From Octopus vulgaris (lineage: Eukaryota), in assembly GCA_951406725.2 (NCBI GenBank), contig OX597821.1, positions 46,686,001-46,750,000 of the forward strand: a DNA stretch of 64,000 nt. Reading direction: 5' to 3'. The position numbers were made by a program, and so were the translations under genes. Under the pieces are notes generated by a model that saw nothing but the letters and a program-made list of their open reading frames with translations, had not been told where the DNA came from and ran no database searches. Shown piece after piece: positions 25,506 to 38,422 of this stretch. Numbering within the stretch: position 1 is the stretch's first letter; each line of letters starts with the position of its first letter.

Positions 25506-26180
25506 GGCGCAGGAGTGGCTGTATGGTATGTATCCGGCCAGGGGTTGGTCAACTTTTTCAGTTACCACCTCGGTGGTAAGATCAGGCTGGAGAAGAGGTG
25601 TCTGTCACGAGATATGTTTGCGAAAAGATGGAAGTCTGTAGCGTGCAAGCTGGGTATATCTAGCACCAGGTAAGTGTGGCCGGATCAAGAAGTAAAGGTT
25701 CTACCCGGATGGCAGGGATCCGTATAATACCAAATTTTTTAAACTTTATATTGTAAATATTATATATATTTTATTGTAATCACCAACTTTTTAAGCTACT
25801 ACACCCTATATGTTTGTCTCTATGTAACGCCTTAATGGCGAATCTTTCATGAAATAAAGTAGCTTGCTTACCAACCACATCGTCCCGGGTTCAGTCTCAG
25901 GCCGTTCAAAACCTTGTCGGTGGATTTAGTAGACGGAAACTGAAAGCCCGTCGTATGTATATATGTTTGTGTGTCTGTGTTTGTCCCCACCCACCCACCA
26001 TCGCTTGACAACCGGTGTTGGTGTGTTTACGTCCCCGTAACTTAGCAGTTCGGTAAAAGTGACCGATAGAATAAGTACTAGGCTTACAAAGAATAAGTCC
26101 TGGGGGCGATTCGTTCGACTAAAGGCGATGCTCCAGCATGGCCGCAGTCAAATGACCGAAACAAGTTAAAGAATAAAAGA
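25506..26180 (+). mobile_element. SINE family B interrupted by a Tx1 3' fragment
   Basis: Head GGCGCAGGAGTGGCTGTATGGTA (25506-25528) resumes as AGTAGCTTGCTTACC at 25858 and continues to the standard tail. Confidence 0.88.
25529..25857 (+). mobile_element. Tx1-clade LINE 3' fragment (second subfamily)
   Basis: GQGLVNFFSYHLGGKIRLEKRCLSRDMFAKRWKSVACKLGISSTR* (stop 25671-25673) is homologous to GQSLINFFKYHLKRKVRKERQVLSRETFKKRWMNVAKM at about 13931-14044; followed by a UTR ending AAATAA. Confidence 0.8.
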
Positions 26181-27051
26181 ATATACATAGATATATGTAT
26201 AAGATATAAAATTAAATGCGCAGCAGTAGCAGAAATATTATAATCTATAATATATTCACCGAAGTAGAGAAGGTGACAGAATCTTTCTTGTACATGACCA
26301 GTACGCATTTTATTCGCCTCGGAAGAATGAACAATAAAATCTATTGTAATGCTATTCATAAAGGAACGCTTTAGAGGAATATTAAATTTAAATGAACCCT
26401 AGTATTTGAATGGTGCTTTATTTTAACGCCCCAGATAAGATGAAAGGCTAAGCTTATATCAACGTGATGTGATCTTAGAATGTAGAAGAACGAAAATCAG
26501 TTTGTTGGCATCAATGCAGCTATGCCTTACTCAATGCAATCTTATAGTGTTGAGCGCAGCACTTGACTGACACTTTCCACTCTCAGTTTAATCCTCAACA
26601 AAGGGATAGTAATTTTGATGTAGAGTAAATGATATTCTGAAAACAAACTTCAATTTTATTCAACGAAATGTAAAAATATTTCTTAGTCAGAGATAAAATA
26701 TGTATTTATTTATCTTTTTTTTTTTGTATGTCCACGAACATACGAAACAAGAATTTTAATACACAAATTAGCATAATTATTATTTGAAGAAATAAAGACT
26801 AAAGCAAAATTATCCAGAGATAAATATTGTTCTTTGATAAAAGTTCATATTGTAAAGTATATTTAGAAATGTATTATAAAATAGTATCTTCTTATACAGT
26901 CGAGTAAACCTTCCTACGTGCACTTTAGATTAGTATACGTACAAAATTAAACGTCACTATTACATGTAAATAATAAACATATACTCATTATTACATATAT
27001 TATACATGCATATATATATATATATATATACATACACACACACATACATAC

Positions 27052-27098
<47 letters not shown>

Positions 27099-27756
27099 GT
27101 GTGTGTTTATGTGTGTGCCAGTCTGTAAATATCATTTCATTGGAGGCGCATACGCTGAGATGAATGAGATATTGCGGTGTACAGACGTATTTAACATGTT
27201 CCTTCACATTCGGACATAAAAAAACACACACCATTATGCCATGATATACCCTGACGGAACGCATGAGTTTTTGCGGGGTTTTTATGCTTCATCACATGAG
27301 TATACCGAGTCGCCTTTCACAGCTACTGAGAATCGTTCGCCGTTATAATAGAAGAAGCAAACGGTACATTTGCTGATGTTCGAAAAACTTTTTAAAATTG
27401 GAATAAACTAATTAGATGTATTTACACCTGTTGTTTATAAGGATAATTTCTTCCCTCAAGACAACGTGTACAGCTTCCATATCCAAATGTAAACGAAAGT
27501 ATGTGTGTGTGTGTATACACATTTATGCATTTGTTTTGCAAGATTCTTGGTGTTAAAAACGCGTATTGTAACAGATATTGTTATACATTTACAATTTTTC
27601 TCGGCCAATTAAATACACAACTATTTATTTGATCTTCACTTTATCTTTTATTCGTATTATTTTTAGCTTATAAGTTCTTTCGTCACACATTTTGTAAACT
27701 TATCTGTAACGCTCTGTTCTATGTGTCTCCTCTGGTCCTGCTTATTCCATTTTATC

Positions 27757-27759
<3 letters not shown>

Positions 27760-27820
<61 letters not shown>

Positions 27821-27928
27821 GGCCTTATGTATACATGCATGCATACATGCATACATGCATACGTACGTACATACATACATACATACATACATACATACAT
27901 ACATACATACATACATACATACATACAT
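27760..27928. repeat. (TA)n and (TACA)n microsatellites
   Basis: Directly visible. Confidence 0.95.
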
Positions 27929-28069
27929 AGAACTATACTGGCCCAAGTGTTCGTCCATTTTGTTAGAGTTAGAGTGCCCAAGTGCGTAAGTAATGGCTCC
28001 GGCAATATATATCTGTAGGCGTGACGTTTGTATAACTATAAATGAATGTATGTGTGTGTTTATTTCCTC

Positions 28070-28111
<42 letters not shown>

Positions 28112-28525
28112 GACATAGTTAATTATATGTGACAAATTAATGAATGCCTAGGAAAGGAATATATTATCAAAAAATTCGAAGCATAAAGAAGAGAAAAAGT
28201 TGTTTGAACAGAAATAAAACGTATACAATCTGGATTTTATAAATACAAAGGAAGGAACACTTAACAAATTTGAGGTTGATAAGAGATCCTAAGGCCATTC
28301 TGACTCTAGTGAATAGATTTTTGTGAATATTTGTAGAAACAATGCTGATACATCGGAAGCATATCATTTCAGTAACAATTAATCGAAATTGATGATTTAC
28401 TAATATATGCATATTGATAAACGTATCCAAAGGAAAATAATTCATAAATACCGAGCAACGTTTAACGTGTTTCGAGATTAATTTTACGTACAGATATAAT
28501 CCTGCTCTCATATATTTTTGCAGAG

Positions 28526-28570
<45 letters not shown>

Positions 28571-30049
28571 ACTTCGAGTAAGATGATCTGGAAACCTACT
28601 CATGAACTTTATAGGAAAATATGAAGATTTGTTGAATAATTTTGTTTCACTTTTGAAATAGATTTACTAACCGTAAAGATATCCGTATATTTCCTCAAAT
28701 GTTCGACAAACTCAATCCCTACTCTTGAGATTAATGTGTAAGCAATAAGTATACAACATAAACTTGAACCCTTGATGCAAATTCCGTTCCAAAACCCTCG
28801 TGACATGATATGAAAAGGACCTTTGAATTACAGGCGCAATCAATAAAGAAAAGGAGAGAAGACTCTCAGTACTTGACTGGAACTTTATTTATCGACTCTG
28901 AAAGGATGAAAGAAAAAGTTGGATACGGCATAAATCAGAGCATAAAGAGCAGAAACAAATACGGAAATGCATTCTCTTCGTTGCTATAACAATTCACCAA
29001 ATGGAACTCAATGAGGAATTTGATGTTCTGTGTTCAGACCTTACAGAGATCAACTCAGCCTGTTAGCTTTCCAGAGCCAATACACTCCAGTGTCGGATCC
29101 GTTGTAGTTTTGATTTGATCAAGTGATACTGGTGTTCGCCGGGTTCTTCGAAAGATCATTACCGTAAATGAATCTTTCTGGTGATGCTCACTCTTTAAGT
29201 GCAATGGTGAGTGTGAACCCCACGTTCACAGTAATCTTGTGAAGAGCAGCAACACAAAGATATAGAGAAGCAAAACTACACAATTTCTAAATAAACGGAA
29301 TATGCAGCACATCCATCGTATAACTCCCATCTCACTGGGAATGAATATCACTTCTATATATAAGTGAAACCAAAATAACGATGCTTGGACGTAAGATGAT
29401 TGGATAGACAAGACATAGAAAAACTAGATCTAGAATTTAAATCAGCTGCAAGACTCTGAAGAATTCATTCTAAATACCTTAGTTTTCCTACCAGTCAACA
29501 ACACACAGCAGATCCTTTGAAATCAACACTGGGGTTAGACAAGTGTTGTATCTATGATGAGATATATATAAAGTACTTCATCCTAAGAAAAAGGTGTGAA
29601 ACGCAATTTTCTTTAAGTCTGCTATAAATGTAAACAGCATTAACAATCTTACATGTTCGCCAAGGGCCTAATCGTACACCCACTTTCAAAATAATGCGAA
29701 ACAGTTTCATGGTGCAAATATTTCTTAATTTCCTTTGAAGTTCATTATTTTTATTTTTAACAACACTATTTTACTTTCACTTTCGTAGAAATCTGTTGCA
29801 GTTTGTGTAAATTTGCAATTATGTATCTTACTGCTTAAAACTATACCACGTTTCATTAGAAATTACAAGAAATAATCTACATCGTTGCTACTTAAAATTT
29901 ACGGCTTGGAGAGCATTCATTGAAAAAAAGCCCCCAACGTTTTGTGAGAAACGTTTTGAATTTTAGCATATACTCGATAAAAGTTTCGTAAAAGTTTAGA
30001 AACTGAAAAGGTTCAAATGAATTTGTGAGGAAAATAGTGATGCAGTTTC

Positions 30050-30200
30050 ATGAGGCATGTTGAAAATGGTGCACGGTGACGTATAAGTCAGGTATTGAAG
30101 TGATCGAAGAGTAACGTGAGATAAAGTGTTTTGCTCAAGAATGCAACGCAACACCCGGTACAGGGATCGTAAGTGCAACACCCTAACCATGAGGGAGGGG
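30050..30200 (-). mobile_element. Degenerate tRNA-derived SINE head related to family C
   Basis: Minus strand ATGGTTAGGGTGTTGCACT...ACCGGG...TTCTTGAGCAAAACACTTT resembles the 5' part of 52249-52644. Confidence 0.5.
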
Positions 30201-30981
30201 GGTTAATACACCTAGATTCGTTAGTATTGGCTGGGTATATAATATTGAGTTTACAACATGTTGAAGCAACTTACAGCTAACATTTGTTGGTAGTATACTA
30301 TATGTATTCCCATACAAACACACACAGACACACACTCACACACACAAACACACACAGGTATCCAATCCAATATTAGCTGTAGATAAAACTCAGGGATGGT
30401 TCCAAGTGTAGTAAATGTATAAAGAACACAAGTAGGATCGAAATTCACAACAACTGTTTCGGGATCATTTTCTTGCTATATTCTTCGATTACATCATGAC
30501 AAAACCCCGCCATCTTTAGGTGAACTTTAAACATGTTAACAAGTAAGTCAGAAACAGAAGTGATTAGTTCACCAGCAATCATGATGGAACAAGTGACATT
30601 TTGAGAAAGCACAAGAGAATTTATTGGGGAAGTCGGTCAGAAACACAGAAGTTAATCTAGTTGAAAACTGCTTATTTTCGAGTTGCTATGTTAACTTATA
30701 GCTCTGGCCGGTAGTTAAGAATCAAGTATGGTCGCATAAAATAAATTAAAAACAAAGAAAAAACAATGTCTATTCGAGAAGGTCTTACAGGTAAGACACC
30801 ATATTAAAGGGTTAAAGGGACACACACTGTCGCCAGTCTTCCTAGAACACATATTTACTCTTATACATATCACATATTTAAATATATTTACAATCATATA
30901 TCTATATACACCTAGACATAGACGTCCAAACATAATATACAAACATACATACATACATACATACATACATACATACATACA

Positions 30982-31017
<36 letters not shown>

Positions 31018-32960
31018 TATAGGTATGTGTGGATGTAAATTTAAATTAATAAAACATGATTTCAGCAGGGTTTTTTTTAACATAAATAAAAAAATAAATT
31101 AGATTTGATTGCTTTTTGTTCTATAATCTTTTCTCTAATATTTATTGGGATAAAATTGAACCGAGGGTATTTACCGCTATCCAAACTTCCTACTTATTTT
31201 CTTCAAATAGAAAATGTGATGTGAAGTAGTGGAATATAAAAATCAAATGACGTATAGTGTTTTTAGCTCCATAACTTTCCGACTGAATTAAAATGCTGTT
31301 GTAGTCCATTGTTACCTTATTCTTTGTGACATTTTCCAAATTGTTCAAGCAAGATGTTTATAGTGTGGCAATTACCTGTCTAAGGATTCCCTTGTGGACT
31401 ACAGCTTTAATCAACTGGTCAGAAGGTTACTCCATCTAGTGCGGACACAACTTTTGGAATAAAAATATGCCGATGAGTAACGTGGAGATGAATGGCTGTT
31501 CATGTCTCCTTGTTGGAAGAGATAAATTTACTGTCAGTAACGTAGTGTTAAAATAAATTTGATGTACTTATGTTTAGTATAGTCTTCAATATAACACTCG
31601 ATGCGGAGGCTGCACAGAACCTTACTACTTTATACAATTAATAACCAGATCTTCCAGGAAAGGACATATTGGATAATAGTTTGAACGTTACACAATTTTA
31701 AAGAAAAAAGGGCACAGTTATGGTTTGGTTAAAGATATAACTCTCCTATAATGGGGAAATAGTAGAGAAGTCTTAGAGTCGACGATAATGCTACTATGCG
31801 GTCGCTCTATATGCCAGAAGCAGCAGCCAAATTTTCCTTAAATCAAATTCTGCTATCTTAAATAAAGATATACACTACAGTTACACACACGTGCGCTTGT
31901 GAACAGACGCAAAAAGCAGCATGAGCAAAATTAGAATGCATTTAATCTCCTCAATCAGAGCTGATCTTTGACTAAACGACAACAATTCATAGTTATCCGT
32001 GTCGAAAATAAATCTTATCTCAGATTGACGCATCCAGTATTTTTCCAACGTTAATTTCCCTTCAGGAACACACTAATATTACACTTTAGTGTAATGTTAA
32101 TAATCAATATTATATTTCATTGTAGAATGGAAGACAACATTTCTACGATATATTCCAGACTGTACAGTCTATATAGATACAATACACAAGAGGAGTTCGG
32201 CTTGTGACATATCTATTAAATATTATAATTCAATAAGATATGTCATAGCTTCATTTAGCCTTTAATATATCGATATAATAATGCATATTTCCAAATGTAT
32301 ATAAATTCATTTGGAAGTGTAGATGAACAGTGAAGTGAAACAGTAAATTATTCAGAAGACAGTCAACAATAAATTTGACAGAACGAAGAAAACATTCTCT
32401 TGCACCATATGCATAGTAATGCACGCACGCATGCACACACGCACGCACGCGCGCACACACACACACACGCACACACACACACACAAAGGCACACACAGAC
32501 TAAAACATTAACTACAAATAGGTATTGTAAACTAACCAAAAAACAAAAAACAAATCCAGTTGGCTGGTTCTTAATTTTCCATTAAATATACCTATTTAAA
32601 ATATTTGGACATACACCTATCCCACACACGCACACACACACAGGTATATATATGAACAGAACGAGAGCAAAAGAATAAGAGAGAAGGATAAAAAGAGAAA
32701 GAAAGAGATTCTATGGTGGCTTAAATTAAACATTCTACTTCTTGAAGTACTGAGTACTTTATTTTGTATTTGCATACCTCTTTCATATGAACACACACAG
32801 ATACACACAAACACTCACAAACACACAAATACACGCAACACAAACACAAACACACAGACACATATAGACACATAGGGACACAGACACACATGTATTAACA
32901 TGTGTCAGTGCATAGTATATGTAAATATGTTGAATAGGTATATAAACTGGTTGTACTTAC

Positions 32961-33072
32961 AGGAATGCAAACATTCTATAATTGTTGTGGCATCGATGTA
33001 ATATCCACCACATAGTATGCACGTTAGATGGGGATTTATCTCAGAGATTTTAAGCCGGCCAGAGCGGTACAT
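32961..33072 (-). CDS. BMI1: First recognisable coding exon of a Polycomb group RING finger protein (BMI1/PCGF4-PCGF2/Psc type); exon 33080-32961
   Basis: Minus strand encodes [37 protein letters not shown], matching the BMI1/Mel-18 N-terminus as I recall it ([37 protein letters not shown]). Polypyrimidine tract plus TTGCAG acceptor ends at 33081, ATG at 33072, GTAAGT donor at 32960. Coding length is 112 nt, ending in phase 1 within the codon after CLHS. Confidence 0.92.
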
Positions 33073-33799
33073 TTCCACAACTGCAAACAAGAAGAAAAAT
33101 ACAAATATTACATATTTCAATGAAAAAAGGCAGTAAAACACAGATAAATAAGGCTTTCTTTGGCTAAAATTTTACAGTAAGGGCAATAAAGCCTATGAAA
33201 TCTATTCAATAACAGAGTAAAACAGATGGAAAAGTCGACCTCCATGACGATTGAAATACAGGTTTCCATAAAAGCTATCGTTTCTACAAGTGAGCCTATA
33301 TTAATGTCCAGTAAGAGACGATTAAAGTCCTGCTGGTGAGACGTATGGTAAAGAAAAAAAAATAATGTCTCGTTAGAATAAGAAGAGCTGGCGAGTAATA
33401 ATAATCAGAGAAATGTATTAAAAGGAAGAGCGCGTGACTAAAGCAGTGTAGTTAGGATGCCACTCTGCGTGGGCAGACTGAGTGAGAACTGAGCAAACAA
33501 AGATATCTAAGAGACTTTTCACAATGAGCAGAGACAGTCAGATTCTGCAATTCTAATAGAAATCAGTGCTTGGTGTGTTTCTCCAAAAGTTTCTCGAAGA
33601 CTGCATTTATTGTCTTTTATTCTTTTTAACACAGTTCGTCCATAAAAGAAGTTATCACTGGATAAAGATCGCAGTAACTGGCCTATCAAAATGTATATAT
33701 ATTAAATGTGACACATAGATGGCCATTTTAATTTGACACTACCTCAATTACATGTAACGCTTTTATTGTGTCTGGCGACAACTCGCAAGGTCAGTGGAT

Positions 33800-34380
33800 G
33801 TTATTCACTGTTTTCCATATATCGAAAGCGACAGAACTCGAATAGTCGCCAGGTTTTTAAATAATACAGTGGGATGACAAGACAGTATATGTATATACGG
33901 AAAGATTCTCGTCGGGCTTATGGGAAGGTTTATAAGTGGAGGAGTTTAGGTCTAAAGAAACGTCTAAAATTCAACTTTAGACAGATTAGTAGCGACTGTG
34001 ATTTAAGGCATAATTAACTGAAGGTAGAGGTAAGTTGTTTCCTAAATTTATGTAGGGTGTGACCATCTCAACCATGGGAAATACCCAATTCGTCGTCTCG
34101 TTATAGACCAACGTGGTGAGATGGGTACTTTGATCTCAATGTGTTTAATACAAAGAGACCCACAAGATCGCAGATGTCAGCGCCATCGTACGATCCCATT
34201 GGAACATTGAACCATTCATTATTATAGGACATTTTTTACCCATGCTAAGCCATTACTAAACAGTAGTATTTTCTTCGCTTGCAGGATAAAGGCCAGGTCC
34301 ACAGGGTCTATATCAACATATGATTTAGAAAATTCAATGGCTTTATCAAGTAACAATCACGGTATGAAGGGGAAAATATT
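33800..34380 (-). mobile_element. Penelope-like element RT fragment
   Basis: Minus-strand translation LDKAIEFSKSY...KKILLFSNGLAWVK...FNVPMGSYDGADICDLVGLFVLNTL...VGL*RDDELG matches PLE RT motifs MGSYDGAE.C.LVGL and GLYRDDGL. Confidence 0.85.
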
Positions 34381-34467
34381 ATAATGTCGAACTGAGTAAA
34401 TCTAGCTCTATGCTTATCATTATGTTCTTGAACCAACCTATTACAATAAAACTGTTATTCCATTTTG

Positions 34468-34642
34468 CGGAGATGTACTTACATAGCGAGTGACTTGATC
34501 TGAGATCGTGTACTGGAACGAAAACAATTGCAGCGTGGAAGGTGTTTATAAGCCATTTAAGAAACACACAAAACCTAACGGTTTTGTGTGTTTCTTAAAT
34601 AGCTTATAATGGCTTATAGACACCTTCCACGCTGCAATTGTT
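34468..34642. repeat. PLE-adjacent dispersed repeat with an inverted duplication
   Basis: 34468-34575 matches 61355-61465; 34523-34575 is inverted at 34580-34642. Confidence 0.85.
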
Positions 34643-35344
34643 ATTCCATTGTAGTAGCTAAAAAAATACTAAGAAACATTAATAATAAAATTAGAAAGAC
34701 CACTAGGCTAGGGTTGTCGGAGCACATCCATTTCGAAGATGGACCAGAGCTGAGTTCTTCTAGGAACATAGAATAATGGACAGGCATAAAAAATGACGAA
34801 GAGAAAGATGTAAACCTGTGCAGGTTTATTTATTTAAAGTTAACTTCGGTGGGATTTGACCTCAAAGAATCGAGAGCCGGAACATTTACGTCAAAGCAAT
34901 CTATTCGGATCTGAGGATCAGACGCTTAATGTATACATATTAGCAGACATACAGTCTCTCACATACATAGCCGTATGCGTGAGTGCGTGCGTGCGTCCAT
35001 GTGAGTGTGCGTCTGCGCATGTGTGTGTGTGTGCGCGCGTGTAAATATTTGAGAGATTTTAGACCTCAGAGGAATTTTAAAGAATATGGATATCCACGCT
35101 ATACGTTTCAATGTATCAAAACAAAAAGAGTGGGGAAGGAAACTCTTGACGAATCCCTTTCAAATTTTGTCATTTGAAGTGATGTAACACGATATTCCTC
35201 ACCCACCCCACCAGCTCTACTGAAAGTATCATACATTCTAAATTAAATTATAAACAACTCAGCGTAGATCATAACTGAAACAAACGTAAATGAGACTTTC
35301 AGTGTCGTAAAGAAATTCAATGAATGAAAATATTGGTTCAAAAT

Positions 35345-35545
35345 TTTGAACCAATAGACTAGCAATTTCAAGGTGGAGGTTGAGGGAAATCCGATCACGA
35401 CGACCCCCAGTACTCAGATGGTATTTATTTTATCGAACCCAATATGATGAAAGCCAAAGTCGTTCGTATTCGGCGCGGAATTTAAACTCAGAACGTGAAG
35501 GCTAGCGAAATGCTGCTATGCATTGTGCACGGCGTCACCTTAAAT
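35345..35545 (-). mobile_element. SINE family A, degenerate
   Basis: GACCCCCAGTACTCAGATGGTATTTATTTTATCGA...GATGAAAGCCAAAGTCG...AATTTAAACTCAGAACG. Confidence 0.75.
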
Positions 35546-36639
35546 TCTGTTAACATTTTGAAATAATGATTAGGTAATCAGTATAAGATGTTTGGCACAC
35601 ACACACACACACGCACACATGCACACACACGCAAACACAAACACACACAAACACGCACACACACAAACACGCACACACACAAATACACACATACACAAAC
35701 ACACTGGGCAAGGAAAATCATACCCATATAATGCATTAAATGCAATTTCAATGCCGTTAACATCTGAACACAGAATATAGAAGAATATAGCAAGATAAAT
35801 CACTTAAATCACTGTATTTTAGGATTTGGTCGTGATATATAAATAAAATTATTCTGATGCAAACGCTTTTCTTTAAAAAGTATTTCAAAATTAAACAGAT
35901 TTATTGTGAAGAGATCGTATTAAAAGTTAACATTCATTTTCACATTTCCTTCTTGGTTATAATGCAATATTTCTTTGAAATATGGAAAGTAAAAAATAAA
36001 TGAAAAACATTTGAAGACCACTAGCTAATTATGATTGAAACTCACTGACAACAGCCATTCTTGTCAGCTCCCTCATAAACAGCATCTGTCAGTCATGCGG
36101 CATCCAGTCTTATTACTAATCGTATGGGTGACAAGATGGAACAGCAAATTTCGTAATAGTCAACAACATTAAGCAGGAATCTGCTGAAAAATTTTCAGGA
36201 TTGCAGGAACACGTTATACTCTAAAACTTTCAAGAAGCATTTAAACGAACGAAGACTAATTTCCACACCCGACATAATCTAAAACTTTAAATAGGTAAAA
36301 TGAAAGTCCTGATCTAAGGCCAAAATTGCTGGTCTGTGCGCGCGAAATTATAAAGTGACGGTGTGAAGGTAATGAGTTTATACAAGTTTATGTTCAGTGG
36401 GTGAGTTAGAAGTGGAGCATATCCATATGAACATACGGTTATATGAAAAAAAAACTTTCTGATTGAGGTTCATAATTATCAACGTCGCTGAAGACTGAAT
36501 CTGGATTAACATGTGCTGAATGTCTAGCAATAACTACTATCGGTTCCATCACGGCTTACCTGTAACTGTCCTCCAATCTAGTAGGGAGTAAAACTACTGA
36601 TTCGTTTTGTTTCTCATACCATGAGAAAATTTAATCTTT

Positions 36640-36845
36640 TCTACTACAAGCACAAGGCCAGATATAACTTTTTACTCTTTTTTGTTTTTACATAGGTTAG
36701 GTCGAATTACATTCACCCCATTGATCAACTGGTACTTATGTTGTCGACTGCGAAAAGATGAAAGGAAAACTCGATTTCGGCGGCATTTGAACTCCGAATG
36801 AACAGACGTAAGACATGCCGCTTAACATTTCGTCCGGCACACCGC
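36640..36845 (-). mobile_element. SINE family A, degenerate
   Basis: CAACTGGTACTTATGTTGTCGAC...GATGAAAGGAAAACTCGA...CGGCGGCATTTGAACTC. Confidence 0.7.
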
Positions 36846-38383
36846 TTTAGAGAAACTTAATAAGAAGAGTTATTAAAGTTTATCGCAAAATATATAGAGA
36901 AGGTGCTAAATGAATTACTTGGTTTAATTAGTCATAATACGAACCAACATGGTGGTCTTTGATTGGACATTCTATCACACTTTACCATTTAAAAAAAAAA
37001 TAAAGAAGACAGAATAAAAAAAGGTAGTCTCAATTATTCTATGTCACACAATAAGATATAAATGTCACGGTGGAAAAACATTTGACTGCATGTTTACTAG
37101 ATCAGAATTTTATTGCGGCAAAGCAACAACAAAAACAACAGCAAAAACGACGACTTTAAATATTTAACTTTTTATTTTTGTTATATTTGAAATGAATGCA
37201 ATCATTAAATTTCTGTTTTGAGTTTATAGTTAATTAATTCATCAATTTAAATAGAGCAAACACAATTTAAGAATTGACATTCTGAAAATTGACAGCTTCG
37301 ATTAAAACTGATAAAAGAAAAACAGAAATAGAAAACGAAAATAAAGAAAACTTGTGAAATTAGGAATTTATTTAGTTTCATCTGTTATCTAGTATTTATT
37401 TATTTATTTAAGCTCCAGGTTCTCCTAATTAAGCAGATAAAAGTATTTCAGCCGCCACCAACTATACGATTATCTCCCACAACGTTATCTAATGTCTCTT
37501 TGAACTTTTAAGACATGACAATGTGACCAAAGGTAGATTCAGCAGCTACTTCTAGCATGTCGAATGATTATGAAGAACTTCTTACGTAGCACACATTAAT
37601 TTAATTGTTTAACCGTAGATCGGAGAAAAATCGAGCAGACTTATGATTAAAGGGATTATCTTATATATCACGAAGATTACACCAGGTCTTTCCTTTTATA
37701 AGACGATGACGTGTGCTTTGATGGAATTCGGACTGCTATTTCTAAAAAAAGAACTAAAGAGAATCAGATTTGTAAATGTGTATCAGTGAACTAAATGCTT
37801 TAAATTTACTTTTCCTTCATCCTAGAACGATTTTAACGAAATACCAGTAGTAGACTAAAGTTGATCTATTCTATTCATGTTTCCTGTCATAATTAACCTT
37901 TGCGTGTTCAGGTCCCTGAAAAATACAGTCGACACAGATTTGAAAGACTATGTCTCAAACTGACAAACAAAATGTTTCTTTATTTTATATATTTCTTGCC
38001 AAGGTAATATCTGTTAACATAGGGGTTACAAATTGCAAACAATATTTGCTCACAAATAAACAGAGAAAGAATTCGCTATTGATACTCGTATATTTCATTT
38101 CATATTCAACATTGCATTCGAATCACGTGACGTGCTTGGAGGCGCCATCTCACTGACATACATCGCACTTATTTACAAATGGTAAAATTGATCTTGATGT
38201 AGCTTCTTGACACAAACAGATACACACGCTTGCTTGGGACAGACGCAGCACAGAAGCAAACACTCCCCTCTATCACCATCAGACAGCCAAGAAAATATCT
38301 AATTACTAAAAGTAAACAGAATACAATCGCAAAAACAATTAAAAGAATTTTAAATAAATACACGAACATTCACGTGTGTGTGT

Positions 38384-38422
<39 letters not shown>

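Noticed and set aside
27230-27400. Possible Tc1/mariner-type N-terminal HTH remnant (MP*YTLTERM...GTFADVR)
   Set aside because: Too short and degenerate to support without a profile search.
32905-33141. The full 78-aa ORF as the protein
   Set aside because: Residues before the acceptor (33081) and after the donor (32960) are intronic read-through; only 33080-32961 is exon.
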